Source: Flavobacteriales bacterium | GTDB taxonomy: Bacteria > Bacteroidota > Bacteroidia > M30B66 | Assembly: GCA_046294625.1 (NCBI GenBank) | Contig: JBKBKN010000007.1 | Coordinates: 2,517-66,516 of the forward strand | Length of the DNA stretch: 64,000 bases | Direction: 5' to 3' | In this document: in pieces, positions 59,451-64,000 of the stretch | Layout of the letters: each line of letters starts with the position of its first letter | Numbering within the stretch: the stretch's first letter is position 1 | The notes under the pieces: generated by a model | Told to the model about the DNA's origin: nothing | Seen by the model: the letters and a program-made list of their open reading frames with translations, nothing else | Databases searched by the model: none | Translations under genes and position numbers: made by a program

Positions 59451-59798
59451 TTACAGCTCTAGCTCTTTCATCGGATCCCAAAAATGTTTTTCGAAATCCA
59501 CCACACAATCGTTCACCACTTTCACACCTTCCTGTTCAAGCAGCAACTGCATGGTTTCAGGGGTTTCAAAATGAAACTTTCCGGTGAGCATGCCATTTCG
59601 ATTTACTACACGTTGCGCGGGAACAGGCGGATTTACCTTGTGCGATAAATTCATGGCCCAACCTACCGTTCGCCCGCTGCCACCTGAGCCGATATATTTA
59701 GCTATAGCTCCATAAGATGTGACCCTTCCCTTGGGAATGAGTCTTACGACCTGAAAAACCATATCAAAAAAATCCTGCTTTGGATGACGTTCACTCAT
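59451..59798 (-). CDS. alkyltransferase-like (ATL) protein: MGMT-fold DNA-binding protein lacking the acceptor cysteine
   Basis: 115 aa. MGMT HTH (TSYGAIAKYIG...GRTVGWAMN) is present, but the active-site PCHRV is replaced by PAQRV (Cys to Ala, His to Gln). Confidence 0.65.
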   Translation of the reverse strand: MSERHPKQDFFDMVFQVVRLIPKGRVTSYGAIAKYIGSGGSGRTVGWAMNLSHKVNPPVPAQRVVNRNGMLTGKFHFETPETMQLLLEQEGVKVVNDCVVDFEKHFWDPMKELEL

Positions 59799-60454
59799 GG
59801 CTTAAAATTAAGATACTTAATTGGAATTCCCTTTTTTCGAAATTTACTTTCGTAATAGGTCTCAATCGCCAAAAGTTCATCGTTAGGAAAATCTTTGTTG
59901 ATGTCAAAGCTGTGGCGAAGTAGCTCAAGTTTGTTCTCCCTGATGATTTCCAACGTGTACATAAAAAAATCATGGTTGTCTGTTTTCAGATGAATAAGAC
60001 CATCGGGTTTCAAAACTCGACGATATCGATAAAGAAAGTTGGGCGATGTCAACCTTTTACGTTCCCTTGTTTTTTGGGACTGGGGATCAGGAAATGTAAT
60101 CCAGATTTCACTTACTTCATTGGGACTGAAAAAATTATATATGCGATCAACCTGAGTTCTTATGAAAGCTACATTTTGAAGATTTTCTTCAAGCGCTGTT
60201 TTTGCTCCACGCCAAATCCTTGCGCCTTTAATGTCTATTCCGATGAAATTTTTTTCCGGATATTTTCTTGCCAAACCGACCGTGTATTCTCCTTTACCGC
60301 AACCAAGTTCCAACACAATCGGATTGTTATTTTCAAAATAATCATGCCACTTACCTTTTCGCGGATGATCGAAGTCTTCTGCCTGAAACACTCGCTGTAT
60401 CACATTGGAGAAGGTCTCCAACTCCTCAAAGCTTTTTAATTTTCTTTTTGCCAT
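59795..60454 (-). CDS. trmB: tRNA (guanine46-N7)-methyltransferase
   Basis: SAM-binding LELGCGKGE and the TrmB-typical FPDPW-like region (ITFPDPQ). 219 aa. Confidence 0.85.
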   Translation of the reverse strand: MAKRKLKSFEELETFSNVIQRVFQAEDFDHPRKGKWHDYFENNNPIVLELGCGKGEYTVGLARKYPEKNFIGIDIKGARIWRGAKTALEENLQNVAFIRTQVDRIYNFFSPNEVSEIWITFPDPQSQKTRERKRLTSPNFLYRYRRVLKPDGLIHLKTDNHDFFMYTLEIIRENKLELLRHSFDINKDFPNDELLAIETYYESKFRKKGIPIKYLNFKP

Positions 60455-60464
60455 TCTGGTTGGT

Positions 60465-61166
60465 TTAAATACCTTTTCGCATTGGGCGCAAAGTTATTTT
60501 TTCCATCCATGTTTCCTTACTCATTTGCAAAGCATTTTGCACCACTAAGGCAATATCCTCAGGCTGCACAAAAAAGTCTTTTTGTGCATCTTCTTCATCC
60601 CAACTGGGTGTGTTGACAGAACCCGGTGCAATTAAAGTCATTCTCACACCCAATTCACGCAATTCATCTGCCATCAGCCTACAATAATTTTCCTGAGCCG
60701 CTTTGGCGATGCTATAATGAGCTGCTGATGGCCTTAAATGCGTGGAAGCTACGCTACCAATTACAATGACCATATTTCCTTCATATTTTGTCAATGCAGG
60801 CAAGAGCCCATTTAAGAGTTGATGCAATGCGAAAACCTGCGATTGCATTTGTTTTTCCAATAAACCATCATGCCCTTCAAGCAATGAACCGATATCATAA
60901 TCAGCAGCTGCATGCACAAGAATGTTAACCTTGTAGGCTTTAAAGCGGATAATTTGGATGGCATTTTCTACTTCTTCAACAGAATAGAGATCTGCTGAAA
61001 TGGCATTAACTTGTGCAGCCGGAAATTCCTTTGTTATTTCCTTTTTGGTACTTTCGAGCTTGTTTAGATCACGTGCTATAAGATGCAAATGATAGCCGGC
61101 TTCGGCAAGTTTGCGTGCAATAGCTTTTCCAATTCCTGAAGATCCACCGGTGATAACTGCTTCCAT
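60465..61166 (-). CDS. SDR-family short-chain dehydrogenase/reductase
   Basis: Start chosen at the ATG giving MEAVITGGSSGIGKAIA (Rossmann TGxxxGIG). The ORF-track start at 61244 is a TTG. A catalytic Y..AK-type region is present (YSIAKAA). Confidence 0.75.
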   Translation of the reverse strand: MEAVITGGSSGIGKAIARKLAEAGYHLHLIARDLNKLESTKKEITKEFPAAQVNAISADLYSVEEVENAIQIIRFKAYKVNILVHAAADYDIGSLLEGHDGLLEKQMQSQVFALHQLLNGLLPALTKYEGNMVIVIGSVASTHLRPSAAHYSIAKAAQENYCRLMADELRELGVRMTLIAPGSVNTPSWDEEDAQKDFFVQPEDIALVVQNALQMSKETWMEKITLRPMRKGI

Positions 61167-61249
61167 AACACAAATATATTTGATTTGATGATGGACGTCG
61201 CCCGGCATTAAGGTTGTTTCATTATTTATTACATAATTTGGCAAATTAA

Positions 61250-62365
61250 ATGAGCAGCCCCGGAATCAGGAAAATTTTGTTGTGCCCGCTTGATTGGGGC
61301 CTGGGTCACACCACCCGATTGTGGGCGCTATCCATGAAAATAAGAAAAGTTGAAAATGTACGATTTTTTTGGGCCGTTAATGGGAAACCCAAACAATGGC
61401 TGCTTGCACAACAAAAGGATTTCCCTACCAACGATTTACTCATTGACATTCCTTTTGATGCAGTGAAACATGATGGGAGTTTTTGGGGCTTTGCAAAGCA
61501 AATGCCCGGATTTATTATTCGGTCACACCGTCTCAGAAAGTTTATTGGAAAACTGGTAACGGAGCATGATATACACGGAATCATCTCCGATCATCAGTTA
61601 GGGGCTTGGCATAAGGATATTCCCTGCATTCTTATTGCCCATCAATTGCGGCTGCCTGTGTTTCAGAAATTTACTTGGCTTTCAAGTATTATTGATCGAT
61701 TTCATTCAGGCTACATCAACCAGTTTAAGGAAGTTTGGATTCCGGATGTGGAGGGTAAACACAACCTAAGTGGAAAATTGTCAAATGCGTCGCTGCTTAA
61801 AATACCTCATCGCCATATTGGCTGGTTAAGTCATTTGGCTGAAGTGAAATTAGAACAGCCAACATCTGAAAATAAATATGAGTTGTTGGGAATGGTTTCC
61901 GGGCCTGAACCTTTTCGAAACATTCTTGCGAAAGAATTAATGAATATCCTTAAGAAACAAGGGAAAAAGAATGCCTTGATTAGTGGAGACTATTTGAATG
62001 AAAGCAACAAAAACAACAATAGTAATCTCACTTATTATTACGCAGTTAACAGCGAAGAAATAAAACATCTTATACGAGAATCATCTTTAATCATAGCGAC
62101 GGGTGGTTACAGCACTTTGATGGACTTAATGATAATGAGAAAACCTGCCATTTTAATTCCCACACCCGGACAACCCGAACAAGCCTATTTGGCAAAGTAT
62201 TTACAAGATTACACTATGTTTCATTTTACTACGTTGGAAGAACTAAAGCAATTGGATTTTGACAAAATCAAGTCAAAACTCACAGACCCACTTGAAATTG
62301 ATGAGACAAAACCAATTGAAAAAGAAGCACTATTAGGCGTATTCAATAAGCTTATGGCTGTTTGA
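61250..62365 (+). CDS. glycosyltransferase (MurG-like / GT28-GT1-related fold)
   Basis: N-terminal ILLCPLDWGLGHTTR (G-rich loop with His as in MurG-like glycosyltransferases). The C-terminal half has a nucleotide-sugar-binding-like segment. 371 aa. Confidence 0.5.
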   Translation: MSSPGIRKILLCPLDWGLGHTTRLWALSMKIRKVENVRFFWAVNGKPKQWLLAQQKDFPTNDLLIDIPFDAVKHDGSFWGFAKQMPGFIIRSHRLRKFIGKLVTEHDIHGIISDHQLGAWHKDIPCILIAHQLRLPVFQKFTWLSSIIDRFHSGYINQFKEVWIPDVEGKHNLSGKLSNASLLKIPHRHIGWLSHLAEVKLEQPTSENKYELLGMVSGPEPFRNILAKELMNILKKQGKKNALISGDYLNESNKNNNSNLTYYYAVNSEEIKHLIRESSLIIATGGYSTLMDLMIMRKPAILIPTPGQPEQAYLAKYLQDYTMFHFTTLEELKQLDFDKIKSKLTDPLEIDETKPIEKEALLGVFNKLMAV

Positions 62366-62870
62366 GCCACGATGCATACATCACATAATTATCTGCAATT
62401 CGATCAATCTGGCCTTTAGTAAGCTCCGCACTTACTTTTTTGACTGGTTTTGCAGGAATACCTGCCCAAATCCAGCCTGCTTCAACATGCGAGTTTTCCA
62501 GAACCACAGATCCGGCAGCAATAATGCTTCCACTTTCCACCACTGCATGATCCATGATAATGGCTCCCATGCCGACAAGCACATTGTCGTGCAAAGTGCA
62601 GCCATGCACAATAGCTCTGTGACCAATGGAAACACGGTTACCGATATTAAGAGGAGCCTTCTGATAAGTGCAATGCAAAACAGCAGCATCCTGAATATTA
62701 ACCTTATTGCCCATGCGGATGTAATGCACATCGCCGCGAATCACAGCATTGAACCAAATGCTGCAATCATCACCAGTAACAACATCCCCTACAATCGTAG
62801 CATTTTCGGCTATAAAACAATTATTTCCAAATTGCGGAGTGTGATTATGAACCGACAGGATCGTAGGCAT
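62352..62870 (-). CDS. gamma-class carbonic anhydrase family protein (hexapeptide-repeat, YrdA/PaaY-like)
   Basis: Left-handed beta-helix hexapeptide repeats with His ligands (IRGDV, LHCT, VHGCT). 172 aa. Confidence 0.8.
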   Translation of the reverse strand: MPTILSVHNHTPQFGNNCFIAENATIVGDVVTGDDCSIWFNAVIRGDVHYIRMGNKVNIQDAAVLHCTYQKAPLNIGNRVSIGHRAIVHGCTLHDNVLVGMGAIIMDHAVVESGSIIAAGSVVLENSHVEAGWIWAGIPAKPVKKVSAELTKGQIDRIADNYVMYASWLKQP

Positions 62871-63121
62871 ATTAAATTATTTAATTTTGCTAAGATAAAA
62901 TTTGTTTGCACATCCTATAGGACGAAATCAAATGGATGTAGGTTAATACAGCTTTAGAGACAAATTGATTGAAATATTTGTATTGGCAGCATAAATTTAA
63001 CGCAATGTAGGCTTGGCATAGCCTCTGCACCACCCGCACTTTGCATTAGAAATTGTGCAACACATCTTGTCAAATATTTTTATTTTAATAAAAAATCTAT
63101 AAACAGATTTATCAACCTTTT

Positions 63122-64000
63122 TTAGACCACCACATTCACAATCCTTCCCGGAACAACGATCACTTTTTTAGGTGCTTTACCATCGAGCCATTTGGCGGCA
63201 TCTTTATGTGCAAGTGCAAGTTGCTCCACTTCGGCGGGAGGAAGTTCTGCTGCAGCTTCGATGTTGAAACGGGTTTTTCCATTGAATGAAACCGGATAAT
63301 TCACAGTGCTTGCTTTCAGGTAGGCTTCATTAAATGCAGGCCAGTTGGCTTGCACCACAAAACCTTCAAAACCGCAACGATGCCAAAGCTCTTCGCAAAT
63401 GTGAGGAGCATATGGTGAAAGCACAATCAATAAGTCATGTAAAATTGCTCGCTTGTTACATTTCAATTCACTTAGCTCATTGACACATATCATAAAACTG
63501 CTCACCGAAGTATTGAAGGAGTAGTTAGCCATATCTTCTTCCACCTTCTTTATGAGCTTGTGCAGCGCGCGTAGATCTTTCTCTCCAGGGGCATCGTCGC
63601 TGAGAGTAACTTCACCTTGCACAGTGTGAAACAAACGCCACAGCTTGAGCAAGAAACGATGCACCCCTTCTATACCATTGGTATTCCAGGGTTTGGCCTG
63701 TTCCAGAGGTCCAAGAAACATTTCGTAAAGTCGCAGGGTATCCGCTCCGTATTGCGCCACAATATCATCCGGATTCACGACATTGTACTTGGACTTGGAC
63801 ATTTTTTCTATTTCTACTCCACAGACATACTGTCCCTGTTCGTTTAACTCAAATTCTGCAAGGTTATACTCGCTACGCCATGCCTTGAAACGCTTTATGT
63901 CTAAAACATCATTATTCACCAAGTTTACATCCACATGAAGTGCAGTATAGTTTTGTTGCTTATCTAATTTGTCAAACGACACAAAGTTGTTTGTACCAGG
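63122..64000 (-). CDS. leuS: leucine--tRNA ligase, C-terminal part (gene continues beyond window end)
   Basis: KMSKSKYN class I aaRS motif and a LeuS-type anticodon-binding/C-terminal domain. The ORF is open to the window edge. Confidence 0.85.
   Translation of the reverse strand, partial: PGTNNFVSFDKLDKQQNYTALHVDVNLVNNDVLDIKRFKAWRSEYNLAEFELNEQGQYVCGVEIEKMSKSKYNVVNPDDIVAQYGADTLRLYEMFLGPLEQAKPWNTNGIEGVHRFLLKLWRLFHTVQGEVTLSDDAPGEKDLRALHKLIKKVEEDMANYSFNTSVSSFMICVNELSELKCNKRAILHDLLIVLSPYAPHICEELWHRCGFEGFVVQANWPAFNEAYLKASTVNYPVSFNGKTRFNIEAAAELPPAEVEQLALAHKDAAKWLDGKAPKKVIVVPGRIVNVVV

Noticed and set aside
62871-63121. A 250-bp intergenic region between leuS and the gamma-CA gene, with small hairpins (AGGCTTGGCATAGCCT), considered as a possible ncRNA or riboswitch
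   Set aside because: No extended conserved secondary structure or known riboswitch motif is recognisable. It most likely holds only the leuS terminator and the gamma-CA promoter.

Overview
This window looks like a chromosomal segment of a Bacteroidota genome (about 39-40% GC, no Shine-Dalgarno dependence). The evidence is gliding/T9SS C-terminal sorting domains, the panC-GT5-DUF4270-glmS synteny and a TAnnTTTG -7 box; a Flavobacteriia/Cytophagia-like lineage is a guess. Most of it is housekeeping core: the 3' end of trmD, rplS, tRNA-Pro, hpt, adk, clpP-clpX, recQ-mpg, nadB, rpmB, cbs, tRNA-Ala, radA, the panD-panC operon, glmS, ispH, trmB and the 3' end of leuS. Between these sit accessory-type stretches:

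- five T9SS-sorted surface proteins, two of them paralogous, one with a type B gliding CTD and one a delta-60-repeat protein;
- an AT-rich single-gene orphan island at about 18.0-19.8 kb;
- a roughly 3.3-kb gene-decay zone at about 23.0-26.35 kb holding a GC-rich frameshifted DUF418 remnant and an amidohydrolase fragment;
- a light-sensing module: a CarH/LitR-type AdoB12 photoreceptor regulator (Wx9EH and ExHxxG motifs), an ECF sigma factor, crtB and ispH, with candidate operator repeats;
- a secreted pepsin-like aspartic protease gene overlapping a 4xCBM48 protein gene;
- an orphan mrpA, a standalone Lon N-domain protein, and an alkyltransferase-like (Cys-less MGMT) protein.

I found no CRISPR array, integrase, transposase or recognisable defence system. 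I cannot point to a clear-cut novel system with confidence. The strongest leads are the light-regulatory module with its operator candidates, the orphan AT-rich gene, and the decay zone.

Coordinates taken from the ORF track are reliable. Coordinates I derived by reading the sequence myself (tRNAs, terminators, alternative starts) may be off by 1 nt.
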